This document shows, piece after piece, positions 48,641 through 57,993 of a stretch of 64,000 nt of DNA (position 1 is its first letter; every line of letters starts with the position of its first letter). The stretch spans positions 14,396 to 78,395 of the forward strand of contig CAMESG010000007.1 in assembly GCA_945936135.1 (NCBI GenBank), read 5' to 3'. Source of the stretch: an uncultured Mollicutes bacterium. Its GTDB lineage: Bacteria; Bacillota_I; Bacilli_A; RFN20; CAG-826. The notes below the pieces were generated by a model. That model worked only from the letters and a program-made list of their open reading frames with translations, searched no databases and had not been told where the DNA came from. The position numbers were made by a program, and so were the translations under genes.

Positions 48641-50103
48641 GCTATTTGGATTTATCGATTCGCGAAATCCACCAAGCGCTGGTGGAAAAGAAAACCACGC
48701 CTTTGGAATTGGCAAAAGAAGCCTTGGAACGCGCCAAAGCCAATAATGACAACGCCTTTGAAATGCTTCTTGAGGAAGAAGCGATTCTAGAGGCCTCCAA
48801 ACTTGTTGAGCCTGAAGAAGACAACCTGCTTTGGGGCATTCCCTATTGTTTGAAAGACAACTTCTCGACCAAGGGTTTTGAAACAACGGCGTCAAGCAAC
48901 GTCTTGAATGGCTATGTGCCTTTGTTCGATGCGACGGTCGTCTCGAAACTCAAAGAAAAGAAGTGCGTCTTGATCGGCAAGACGACCTTGGACGAACTCG
49001 CGATGGGCGGCACCGGCACGACGGGTCATAAGGGCATCACCTTCAACCCGTATGATCCAAGCCATACCCACATGGTTGGTGGTTCTAGTTGCGGTTCCGC
49101 GGCCGTTGTTGCTGCGGGCATTGTGCCTTTTGCTTTAGGAAGCGATACCGGGGACTCCGTAAGAAAGCCCGCTTCCTATGCAGGCCTTGTTGGCATGAAA
49201 CCGACCTGGGGTCGCATCAGCCGCTATGGTCTCTTCCCCTTTGCTCCGTCTTTGGATCACGTCGGTTTCTTCACGCGTGATGTCGAAGATAGCGCTATCC
49301 TTTTGGAAGCTTTATCCGGCCGTGACGACATGGATTCCACCTCTTCCTTCCGCCCCGTTGATTCCTATCTTCCTAAAGAAAAGTCGTTAAAAGGAAAGCG
49401 TATTGCGGTGCTTTCGGAAATCGTTGACGCGATTTCGAACAAGGAAGTCCGCGCTTCCTTTGATCGCGCCGTCAAAGCGATGGAAGACGAAGGAGCGATC
49501 ATCGATTACGTGAAGTTTGGCCTTCAGGACCTTGAGGCGATTTACGCGACCTATATCGTGATTTCCTGCGCGGAAGCAACCTCGAACGATGCGAACCTCG
49601 ATGGCATTAAGTTTGGTGCCTATCATGGTGGAAAAACCTATCGAGAAGTGATGTCGAACGCCCGCACCGAAGGCTTCTCTCACTTGATCAAACGCCGCTT
49701 CATCATCGGTTCCTTTGCTTTGATGAGAGAAAACGTCGATGTCTTGTTCACTCGCGCTCAAAAAGTGCGCGCTAAGATCACCGCGAGAGTCAACGAGATC
49801 TTGAAAGATCATGACACGATTTTCTTGCCCGCGGCTCCTTCGCCCGCTCCCTTGCTTTCGGCTTCTTCGGATGCTTTAAGCGACGAATACCTAATCGCCG
49901 ACAACCATTTGGCGCTTGGCAACTTCGCCGGCCTTCCTTCGGTCACCGTCCCGCTTTCGTTCGTGGACGGCCTTCCGATCGGCGTGAACTTCATGTGTCG
50001 CGCCTTTGAAGAAAAAGAACTCTATAACCTCGCTTCAGCCTTTGAGAAGATCAGCGGCTTGGCAGGCTTAAGCACCGTTTCCCCCAAGGAGGCTCGTTTA
50101 TGA
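48637..50103 (+). CDS. gatA: Asp/Glu-tRNA amidotransferase subunit A
   Basis: Amidase signature GGSSCGSAAVVAAG...GSDTGDSVRKPAS. Confidence 0.95.
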   Translation: MSYLDLSIREIHQALVEKKTTPLELAKEALERAKANNDNAFEMLLEEEAILEASKLVEPEEDNLLWGIPYCLKDNFSTKGFETTASSNVLNGYVPLFDATVVSKLKEKKCVLIGKTTLDELAMGGTGTTGHKGITFNPYDPSHTHMVGGSSCGSAAVVAAGIVPFALGSDTGDSVRKPASYAGLVGMKPTWGRISRYGLFPFAPSLDHVGFFTRDVEDSAILLEALSGRDDMDSTSSFRPVDSYLPKEKSLKGKRIAVLSEIVDAISNKEVRASFDRAVKAMEDEGAIIDYVKFGLQDLEAIYATYIVISCAEATSNDANLDGIKFGAYHGGKTYREVMSNARTEGFSHLIKRRFIIGSFALMRENVDVLFTRAQKVRAKITARVNEILKDHDTIFLPAAPSPAPLLSASSDALSDEYLIADNHLALGNFAGLPSVTVPLSFVDGLPIGVNFMCRAFEEKELYNLASAFEKISGLAGLSTVSPKEARL

Positions 50104-51530
50104 ACTTCGAAGCGATCATCGGTTTGGAAATCCACGTCGAGATGAAGACGGCGTCCAAGATGTTCTCGGGCTCGCCGAATACGTTTACCAGAGAACCAAA
50201 TACCTGCGTCACGCCCTTTGATATGGCCTATCCCGGGACGATGCCGCGCGTCAACAAACAAGCGGTTATCAATGCGATTCGTGTGGCGAATGCTCTTCAT
50301 ATGGAGATTGATCCTCTTGTTCGTTTCGACCGAAAGAACTATTTCTACAGCGACCTTCCCAAGGGCTTCCAGATCACCCAGCAATTCCATCCCATTGGAA
50401 AAGAAGGCTACCTCGAAATCCTCGGCAAAGACGGGGAATTGAAGCGCATCGGGATTGAACGCATCCATATGGAAGAAGACACCTGCAAACAGCTTCACTT
50501 CGCCGATTATTCCCTTTTGGACTATAACCGCGCCGGCGTTCCCTTGGTCGAGATCGTCTCCAAGCCGGATCTAAGAAACGGTACGGAAGCCATGCGCTAC
50601 GTCGAAGCCATTCGCAACATCGTCCTCTATTCCGGAACGAGCGATGGCAAGATGGAAGAAGGCTCTCTCCGCTGCGATGTCAACGTCTCGATCCGTCCTT
50701 ATGGAAGCAAGGGATTCGGCACCAAGGTCGAATTGAAGAACCTTAATTCCACGAAGAACATCGAACTCGCCTTGGACTACGAAATCGCCAGGCAGACCGC
50801 TTGCTTGCTTTCCAATCGGGAAATCGCCCAAGAAACTCGCCGCTACGACGAAGCGAGCGGCAAGACGGTTTTGATGCGTGTTAAGACGGATGCGGTCGAC
50901 TACAAATACTTCCCCGAACCGAACATCGCCCCGATTCAATTGAGCATGGAATTCGTCCAAAACGCGATTGATACCTGCCCGGAGCTTTATGATTCGAAAT
51001 TGGCTCGTTACTTGCAAAACGGTCTCTCTCAAACGGATGCCGAAATCCTTCTTTCGAACATCGATATGGCTTCCTTCTTCGAGGAGGCAACCGTCAAAGA
51101 TCCGAAGCTTTCCAAGATCATCGCCAATTTCTTGATCGTTGAAATCAACGCCTATCTTAACAAGAATGGCATTGCGATGAACACTCTTGGATTGAACCCT
51201 GAAACGCTTAGCGATATCGCTGCGTTCCAAGATGCTGGCTATACCCATAAACAGTGCGCCGACATCTTGAATTACGTGTTGGAAAACGGCGGAAGCGCGG
51301 AAGAAGCGCGCCTTGCGAAACACATCGAAAAGCAAAGCGACAACGCCTCGGAAGTCTTGGCTTTTGTCACGGGCGTCTTGGATGCGAACCCGCAAAGCAT
51401 CGAAGACTTCAAGGCGGGCAAAGACCGTGCCAAGGGCTTCTTGATCGGTCAAGTCATGAAAGCGGCAAAAGGCAAAGTCAACCCTGCTGCCGTTGCCAAA
51501 GTCATGGATGAAGAACTCGCAAAGCGATAA
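50100..51530 (+). CDS. gatB: Asp/Glu-tRNA amidotransferase subunit B
   Basis: IGLEIHVE, NRAGVPLVEIVS, and a YqeY-like C-terminal tail. Confidence 0.95.
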   Translation: MNFEAIIGLEIHVEMKTASKMFSGSPNTFTREPNTCVTPFDMAYPGTMPRVNKQAVINAIRVANALHMEIDPLVRFDRKNYFYSDLPKGFQITQQFHPIGKEGYLEILGKDGELKRIGIERIHMEEDTCKQLHFADYSLLDYNRAGVPLVEIVSKPDLRNGTEAMRYVEAIRNIVLYSGTSDGKMEEGSLRCDVNVSIRPYGSKGFGTKVELKNLNSTKNIELALDYEIARQTACLLSNREIAQETRRYDEASGKTVLMRVKTDAVDYKYFPEPNIAPIQLSMEFVQNAIDTCPELYDSKLARYLQNGLSQTDAEILLSNIDMASFFEEATVKDPKLSKIIANFLIVEINAYLNKNGIAMNTLGLNPETLSDIAAFQDAGYTHKQCADILNYVLENGGSAEEARLAKHIEKQSDNASEVLAFVTGVLDANPQSIEDFKAGKDRAKGFLIGQVMKAAKGKVNPAAVAKVMDEELAKR

Positions 51531-51576
51531 GAAAGCCCTAATTCTGCAACCATTTTCAATTCATAGGAGGAGATTT

Positions 51577-52590
51577 ATGCGCGTCTTAGTTACTGGAGGA
51601 ACAGGCTTCATTGGCAGTGAAACCGTCATTGCCCTCATCGAAGCGGGCCATGAGCCAATCATCGTCGACAATTTGTCCAACTCGAAAAAAACGGTCATCG
51701 ATCGTATCGAAACCATCACGGGGAAGCGTCCTGCCTTCTACGAAGTTGATTGCTGCGATGAAGCGTCTTTCCGAAAGGTTTTCGAGAAGGAATCTTTCGA
51801 TGCCGTGATTCACTTTGCCGGATTGAAGGCGGTTGGCGAATCTGTTTCCAAACCGGTGGAATATTATTCCAACAACTTGATCTCTTCCTTGAACCTCATC
51901 CGTTTGATGAAGGAGTTCAACGTCAAGAATCTCGTCTTCTCTTCTTCGGCGACGGTCTATGGGCTTCCGGATCGCGTCCCCCTTTCGGAAAGCGATCCCG
52001 TCAAGAGCGCGACCAATCCTTACGGCGAGACCAAGGTGATGATCGAACGCATTTTGGAAGATGCCCAAAAAGCGGATCCTTCCTTGAACATTGCCTTGCT
52101 TCGTTATTTCAACCCGATCGGCGCCCATCCTTCTGGACTGCTTGGCGAAGATCCTAACGGCATCCCCAACAATTTGATGCCTTACGTCAGCCAAGTCGCG
52201 GTTGGAAAATTAGAGAAACTCCATGTCACCGGGGCGGATTACCCTACGCCCGATGGAACTGGCGTTCGCGACTATATCCACGTCTGCGATTTGGCGGACG
52301 CTCACGTCGCGACCTTGCCGAAGCTTTTAACGAATCCGGGCCTTGTCGTTTATAACCTCGGAACGGGGAAAGGAACTTCTGTCTTGGAAATCGTGAAGGC
52401 GTTTGAAAAGGCAAACGGCATTAAGATCCCTTATGAGATTTCGCCTCGTCGTCCGGGTGATGTTGCAGAGAACTACGCGAACTGCGACAAAGCCTATAAA
52501 GAATTGGGTTGGAAGGCAAAATACACCGTTTTGGATGCCTGCCGCGACGCGTATCACTTCCAAAAGATGAACCCAAACGGTATTGAGTAA
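51577..52590 (+). CDS. galE: UDP-glucose 4-epimerase
   Basis: MRVLVTGGTGFIGS, the YGETK catalytic motif, and a GGAGG SD. The ORF-track start at 51493 lies inside gatB. Confidence 0.93.
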   Translation: MRVLVTGGTGFIGSETVIALIEAGHEPIIVDNLSNSKKTVIDRIETITGKRPAFYEVDCCDEASFRKVFEKESFDAVIHFAGLKAVGESVSKPVEYYSNNLISSLNLIRLMKEFNVKNLVFSSSATVYGLPDRVPLSESDPVKSATNPYGETKVMIERILEDAQKADPSLNIALLRYFNPIGAHPSGLLGEDPNGIPNNLMPYVSQVAVGKLEKLHVTGADYPTPDGTGVRDYIHVCDLADAHVATLPKLLTNPGLVVYNLGTGKGTSVLEIVKAFEKANGIKIPYEISPRRPGDVAENYANCDKAYKELGWKAKYTVLDACRDAYHFQKMNPNGIE

Positions 52591-52615
52591 TTACTTCCTT
52601 CTTTTGCTTTTCCTT

Positions 52616-52663
52616 GCTTCGCCTTAAACTTTTAATAAAGAAAGATGGCGAAGCTTTTTCGCC
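52616..52663 (+). terminator. Candidate terminator after galE, with alternative pairings
   Basis: GCTTCGCC at 52616-52623 pairs with GGCGAAGC at 52647-52654 and is followed by TTTTT. The second element can instead pair with TTCGCC at 52658-52663. Confidence 0.45.
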
Positions 52664-52677
52664 TTTGAGGAAAAACC

Positions 52678-53595
52678 ATGGAAGAATTCTCCGTTACGCT
52701 AGACAACGGGCGTGTGATGAAAGGCCATCATTGGCCGATTGACGATGCCAAGATCAATTTCTGCATGATCACGGGCATGCAAGAGCATAGCGCTCGTTAC
52801 GACGATCTTGCCAAGTTCTTGAATGGCAAAGGCGTTGAAGTTTATGTGATCGACGCGATTGGGCAAGGTTTGAATGCCGAATCCGTCGAATTGCAGATGC
52901 GTTGGCCGAAGGGCGGCTTCAATCAAAACGTCGAGGGGATTGCCAAGATGTGCGACCTTGCAAGGAAGGCCAATGGGAAAAAGGTTGTTCAAGCCGGCCA
53001 CTCTATGGGTTCCTTCCTTTCCCAACGCCGTTTGGAGCTCTATCCAAGCGCCGCGGACGCGACGTTGTTGATTGGAACAAACGGTGGCCAGAAAGCCTTG
53101 ATGACCATGGGCTTTGTGGTAGCCTCGATGATCGTTCATTCGAAGAACTGGGACAAACCGAACCCTTTCTTAACTTCCTTGAGTTTGGGCAATTATGCGA
53201 AATCCGTGAAAGATGCAACCTCTCCCTTGGATTGGATTTCCTATCACGAAGGAAACCGCGAGGCTTATGCGAATGACCCCTATTGTGGCTATCCCGCGAC
53301 CGGTGGATTCTGGAAAGAATTCCTCCGCGGAAACAAGGAACTCTGGAAGAAGAAGGAAATGAAGAAAGTCGACACCTCCCGTCGCATCTTCATCATCGCG
53401 GGCGCCGAAGATCCCGTTGGTCAAAACGGCAAAGGACCCGAATGGCTCTTCAATCATTATCGGAAGCTTGGGAATGAACTCGTGACGTTAAAACTCTATC
53501 CGAAGATGCGTCATGAAATCGTCAATGAGATCGGGAAAGAAGAAGTCTACGATGACATCGCTTCCTTCGTTCTTGAGACCATCGACGCGAAATAA
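52678..53595 (+). CDS. Alpha/beta hydrolase (lysophospholipase / monoacylglycerol-lipase-like)
   Basis: GHSMGS nucleophile elbow, and a C-terminal D...H arrangement (AEDPVG ... MRHEI). Confidence 0.75.
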   Translation: MEEFSVTLDNGRVMKGHHWPIDDAKINFCMITGMQEHSARYDDLAKFLNGKGVEVYVIDAIGQGLNAESVELQMRWPKGGFNQNVEGIAKMCDLARKANGKKVVQAGHSMGSFLSQRRLELYPSAADATLLIGTNGGQKALMTMGFVVASMIVHSKNWDKPNPFLTSLSLGNYAKSVKDATSPLDWISYHEGNREAYANDPYCGYPATGGFWKEFLRGNKELWKKKEMKKVDTSRRIFIIAGAEDPVGQNGKGPEWLFNHYRKLGNELVTLKLYPKMRHEIVNEIGKEEVYDDIASFVLETIDAK

Positions 53596-53611
53596 CATCA
53601 GCATGCGAATG

Positions 53612-53639
53612 AAAAGAACCCGACGCCGGGTTCTTTTTT
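53612..53639. terminator. Bidirectional rho-independent terminator
   Basis: AAAA-GAACCCG-acgc-CGGGTTC-TTTTTT, between two convergent genes. Confidence 0.8.
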
Positions 53640-53674
53640 AAAATATGATTCGTTAGAAACAAGATAAGCGCAAA

Positions 53675-54775
53675 TCAAAGGTTTTTGTCACGAGAAAATA
53701 CCTTAGAAAGATAAGGCTTCAAGGTTTCTTCGTAACGATTCGCGACGATTAGATCCGCGATAGAGAGCTCATCTTTCAATTCGTGAATCACGGGGATTCC
53801 GAAGTATGTATCTTCTTCCCAAAGGGGTTCATAGATCGCAAGATGGGAAATTTTGCCTTTCAAGGAACAAGCGATATCTTTCATTGAGGTATAACGGATA
53901 GAAGAAGAACCGTTCTCCATTCGTAAACGATAGATCAAGACCGAAGAATCTTTTTTGTCTTTGATCTTATCTAGAATGGTTTGAACCACCCAATCCTTAC
54001 GTTTCGAATTGCTTTCGATGACCGCGGAGATCAAGGCTTCGGGGACGTCTTTGTAATTGGCCTCCAATTGTTTGGTGTCTTTTGGGAGGCAGTACCCCCC
54101 ATAGCCAAAGGATGGATTGTTGTAGTGCCCTCCGATACGAGGATCTAAGCCAACGGATTCAATGATTTTGGAACTCGATAGACCCTTGGAAGCGGCATAC
54201 GTATCGAGCTCATTGAAGAAGCCGATGCGAAGCGCAAGATAGGCGTTGCTGAAGAGCTTCACGGCTTCCGCCTCTTCTAAGGACATGTATCGGATAGGAG
54301 AAGGATCTTCAAGGGTCTTCAAAAAGGCATCGCCGATTTCTTGAGCGAAGGCCTCGTCTTTTAAGGCGCTTCCAATGACGATCCTAGAAGGATGAAGCGC
54401 GTCTTTTTCCGCTTTGGATTCGCGCAAAAATTCTGGCGCGAAAAGGACGTGAGCTGCAGGATGCTTTTCCTGCAACGTGGAGCAATAACCCATGGGCACG
54501 GTCGATTTGACGATGAGGGTTGATTCAGGCTTTACTTTCAAAATCGTTTCCGCGGTTTCATCGAGCGCCTTGGTATCAAAGGCCTGTGTTTCGTCCGAGA
54601 AATTCGTAGGAAGACAAAGCAGGAAAGCATCAGCAAAATCGATGGCTTCTTCAAGACTTGAAACCGAAGGATTTTTCTTTGGGTCGATGTCGTAAGTCGC
54701 GATGTCGTGCACGCGTTCGAGGACCTTTGCCATTGCCCCGCCGACGTAGCCTAGTCCGATGATGGAAAACTTCAT
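53675..54775 (-). CDS. Nucleotide-sugar dehydrogenase (UDP-glucose 6-dehydrogenase family, short form)
   Basis: MKFSIIGLGYVGG NAD motif and GGYCLPKD catalytic Cys motif. Confidence 0.8.
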   Translation of the reverse strand: MKFSIIGLGYVGGAMAKVLERVHDIATYDIDPKKNPSVSSLEEAIDFADAFLLCLPTNFSDETQAFDTKALDETAETILKVKPESTLIVKSTVPMGYCSTLQEKHPAAHVLFAPEFLRESKAEKDALHPSRIVIGSALKDEAFAQEIGDAFLKTLEDPSPIRYMSLEEAEAVKLFSNAYLALRIGFFNELDTYAASKGLSSSKIIESVGLDPRIGGHYNNPSFGYGGYCLPKDTKQLEANYKDVPEALISAVIESNSKRKDWVVQTILDKIKDKKDSSVLIYRLRMENGSSSIRYTSMKDIACSLKGKISHLAIYEPLWEEDTYFGIPVIHELKDELSIADLIVANRYEETLKPYLSKVFSRDKNL

Positions 54776-54816
54776 GGGGATATTTTACTCCAAAATGCCT
54801 TTATAATGGTGGCGTT

Positions 54817-55509
54817 ATGATTTGTTTCCTGTTTGCGATGGCGAAAGAATGCGTCCCTCTCTTAAAAGAAGTGGAGGTAATGAACGAAAAAGAATTTGGA
54901 TATACCAAGGTCTATGAAGTTCGAAAAGAAGGATCTGAATTCTTGATTGCGGTTTCTGGGATTGGCAAGGCGTTCGCCGCTGCCTCGATCCCTGCGATCG
55001 TTGCCCATTATGAAGTTGATGCTTTCTTTAATATCGGTGTGGCGGGAAGCCAAGATAAGTCGAAGGCGGATATCTTTTCTTGCGTCATTGGTTCCTCTTA
55101 TGTCGAACATGACCTCGATTCCTCTGCGCTCGGCGACCCCAAGGGCATGGTATCCGGCATCGACCTTGTCTCTTTGCCGTCTTCAAAATTGGGCATGCAT
55201 CAGGTTGCTACCGCTTGTGATGCCTTGAATATCCCACATACCTTTGGCGTGATTTCCAGTGGTGACACCTTCATCGCAGATAAGCAGAAAAAGAAGGAAG
55301 TCACGGAGCTTTTCGGGTCGTTGTCTTTGGATATGGAAAGCGCTCCTTTCGCGCAAATCGCTTATGTTTATCACGTTCCTTATGTTTCTGCTCGTGTGAT
55401 TTCGGATGCGGAACACCCCGAGACAGAGTACCTAGAAAATGTTGAAGAGGCTTCGAAACGCGCTTCTAAGATTGCCCTTCAAATCGCATTGCATTGTATA
55501 AATCGGTAA
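54817..55509 (+). CDS. mtnN: 5'-methylthioadenosine/S-adenosylhomocysteine nucleosidase
   Basis: SGIGKAFAAA, SGDTFIAD, DMESAPFAQ motifs. Confidence 0.88.
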   Translation: MICFLFAMAKECVPLLKEVEVMNEKEFGYTKVYEVRKEGSEFLIAVSGIGKAFAAASIPAIVAHYEVDAFFNIGVAGSQDKSKADIFSCVIGSSYVEHDLDSSALGDPKGMVSGIDLVSLPSSKLGMHQVATACDALNIPHTFGVISSGDTFIADKQKKKEVTELFGSLSLDMESAPFAQIAYVYHVPYVSARVISDAEHPETEYLENVEEASKRASKIALQIALHCINR

Positions 55510-55555
55510 AGTTTTCGTCTATAATGCCCTTCGGTTATAAACCGAAAGGAATTTT

Positions 55556-56263
55556 ATGGTCAAACTAGTATTGATTCGTCACGGCCAAAGCGAGTGGAAC
55601 CTTAAGAACCTCTTCACCGGCTGGACGGACGTCGAGCTTTCTGAAACCGGCGTCAAAGAAGCCCACGAAGCGGGCAAGCTCTTGAAGGAAAAAGGCTACT
55701 CCTTTGATGTGGCTTTCTCTTCTTCGCTTAAACGTGCTAACCACACGATGGATTTCGCCTTGGGAGAAATGGGCGAAACGAGCATCCCGAAGAATTATTC
55801 TTGGCGCTTGAACGAACGCCACTATGGCGCTCTCCAAGGCTTGAACAAAGCCGAATCCGCCGAGAAGTGGGGCGCGGAACAAGTCCACATCTGGCGCCGC
55901 TCCGCCGACGTTCCGCCTCTTTCGCTTACGAAGGATGATCCTCGTTGGCCTGGTAACCAAGAGAAGTACAAGGAACTCATCGCGAAAGGCGAGATGACCG
56001 AGGACGATTGCCCTCTCACCGAGTGCCTTATCGACACTGCGAAGCGTGTGAAGCCCTACTTCGATGAGAAGATCGCCCCGGAAATCAAGGCTGGCAAGAA
56101 AGTCTTGATCGCCGCCCACGGCAACTCCTTGCGTGCCATCGTCATGATGCTTGAGCATCTCACCCCGGATCAGATCATCTCGGTCGAAATCCCGACGGGC
56201 AAACCCTTGGTCTACGAGTTGGACGAGAAGACCTTGGACGTCTTGAACAAGTACTACCTCTAA
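55556..56263 (+). CDS. gpmA: 2,3-bisphosphoglycerate-dependent phosphoglycerate mutase
   Basis: [28 protein letters not shown]. Confidence 0.95.
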   Translation: MVKLVLIRHGQSEWNLKNLFTGWTDVELSETGVKEAHEAGKLLKEKGYSFDVAFSSSLKRANHTMDFALGEMGETSIPKNYSWRLNERHYGALQGLNKAESAEKWGAEQVHIWRRSADVPPLSLTKDDPRWPGNQEKYKELIAKGEMTEDDCPLTECLIDTAKRVKPYFDEKIAPEIKAGKKVLIAAHGNSLRAIVMMLEHLTPDQIISVEIPTGKPLVYELDEKTLDVLNKYYL

Positions 56264-56271
56264 TTCAAAAT

Positions 56272-56309
56272 GGCCGCGGAGTTCTTGCTTCGCGGCCCTT
56301 TTCTTCTTT
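56272..56309 (+). terminator. Rho-independent terminator after gpmA
   Basis: GGCCGCGGAG-ttcttg-CTTCGCGGCC stem followed by CTTTTCTTCTTT. Confidence 0.75.
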
Positions 56310-56639
56310 ATGGAATATTCATTGTTCACGTCCCATCTTGGGGACTTCTTAATTGGTTACCAAACATTGCTTGATAACCTCGGTCGTCTTTTGAATCGCA
56401 AGGTCGCTTCGCTTGAAGACGGAAAAGAAGTATTTTCCAAGCTCAAGGAAAGCGAAACCAAAGACTATGCGGCACTGATGGACGACGTTGATTTCTTCTT
56501 CAACCGCGTGGCTTCTACGTTCATCGATCTGGATCAATTTGAAGAAAGCGCACCGTTTGAAGCGGCTTGCGAACGTTTGAGCGGAGCGCGGAAACGGCTC
56601 TGCGCGGTCAACGTATCGATCTTGCGTTTAACGCGTTAA
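56310..56639 (+). CDS. Hypothetical 109-aa protein (weak support)
   Basis: An ORF with plausible helical composition, but the ATG directly abuts the terminator T-tract and there is no SD. Confidence 0.3.
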   Translation: MEYSLFTSHLGDFLIGYQTLLDNLGRLLNRKVASLEDGKEVFSKLKESETKDYAALMDDVDFFFNRVASTFIDLDQFEESAPFEAACERLSGARKRLCAVNVSILRLTR

Positions 56640-57853
56640 CACGAATAAGAGTGTTCGAATTTGATTTGTAATTTGGCACCTTCAAAGCCCTTTTTCAAGG
56701 TTTGGATCAGGGCTTTTTTCTTATTTTCGTCTTGGTCATCCAAGGCGATATCCATGGTGATTTCTATGCCTTCTTGTTTCTTGCGGATGCGGAAATCATG
56801 AAGGGAGGCGTTCGGGCAGATCGCGGCGATCAAAGCCTGAGCCTTCTTGCCTCCATCGATCTCTTCTTGCTCCACGGGATCGATGTGGATCGTCGTTTCG
56901 GCGTGATAGGCGGCGTTTATTTCTTCTTCAAGGCGATTCGCGATATCGTGCGCTTCAACGAGGCTTGTGGTTCCTTCGACTTCCGCGTGCAAAGAGATAT
57001 AGATTTTGGTTGGTCCATATTGGTGCATCAAGACATCATGGACACCTAGGATTTCAGGGTGTTTCTTCGCGAGGGCGACAATTTCTTGCTCTTCTTTTTT
57101 CGAGAAAGCTTTTCCAATCAAGGGATCGGATGTCGCTTGAAGCATCTTGATCGCGGAAACGATGATGAAGATCGCTACGCCAATGCCGAAATAGCCATCA
57201 AGGAAATCAAGGTGGAAGAGAATCGAGAGCAAAGCGGAAAGAAGAACCGCGAAGGTCGCGAGGGTGTCGACGAAGCTATCGACTGCCGTCGCTTTTAAGG
57301 ACGGAGAATCGATGATTTTGGCCAAGCGAAGATTCATAAAGCCCTGGAGGACTTTCAAAAGGATGGAGATGCAAAGAACCCCGACGGTCCACCAATTATA
57401 GGAAACAACCACGCCTTCAATGATTCCTTCGATGGAAGAAACGATCAATTCGACGCCCGCAAAGAGAACAAGCATCGACACGATAAGGCCCGCGATATAT
57501 TCCATGCGTTCGTGACCAAAGGGGTGCTTATCATCCGCGGGTTTGCTTGATACGCGGAAGCCGATCAAAGTAACGATATTGCTCGCCATATCACCGGCGT
57601 TATCCATGGCATCAGCAAGGAGGGCCATCGGGAAGATCCAGAGATTAGAAGAAGCTAGAAGGAAGGCCAAGGTTAACTTCATTGCGACCAGGATCGCATT
57701 GATCAATAGCCCTAGCCAAGCGGCCAAGACACCATGCTCCGCGCGGACCGTTTCATCGCGCAGGTCATTGCAATTTGGAATAAAGGTTTTTCGTAAGAAA
57801 TTTATCATTCCAAAAAGTCTAGGTCGGAAGAAGGAGTAAAGCAATTTTAACAT
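56636..57853 (-). CDS. Cation diffusion facilitator (CDF) metal efflux transporter (start uncertain)
   Basis: LLADAMDNAGDM in TM2, HPFGHERMEY, six TMs, and a C-terminal cytoplasmic domain. Confidence 0.85.
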   Translation of the reverse strand: MLKLLYSFFRPRLFGMINFLRKTFIPNCNDLRDETVRAEHGVLAAWLGLLINAILVAMKLTLAFLLASSNLWIFPMALLADAMDNAGDMASNIVTLIGFRVSSKPADDKHPFGHERMEYIAGLIVSMLVLFAGVELIVSSIEGIIEGVVVSYNWWTVGVLCISILLKVLQGFMNLRLAKIIDSPSLKATAVDSFVDTLATFAVLLSALLSILFHLDFLDGYFGIGVAIFIIVSAIKMLQATSDPLIGKAFSKKEEQEIVALAKKHPEILGVHDVLMHQYGPTKIYISLHAEVEGTTSLVEAHDIANRLEEEINAAYHAETTIHIDPVEQEEIDGGKKAQALIAAICPNASLHDFRIRKKQEGIEITMDIALDDQDENKKKALIQTLKKGFEGAKLQIKFEHSYSC

Positions 57854-57993
57854 TTTTTGGCCCGGGCGTTTCGCTCGGATTACTGGAAAGATAATAACGA
57901 TTTGCGAGGTTATTCCTAGAAAGGACGACGCTTAAAATTTTAAGAAAGCATTTGCTTCGCGCGCGATTTGAATTTTGTGTATGATATGCGCGT

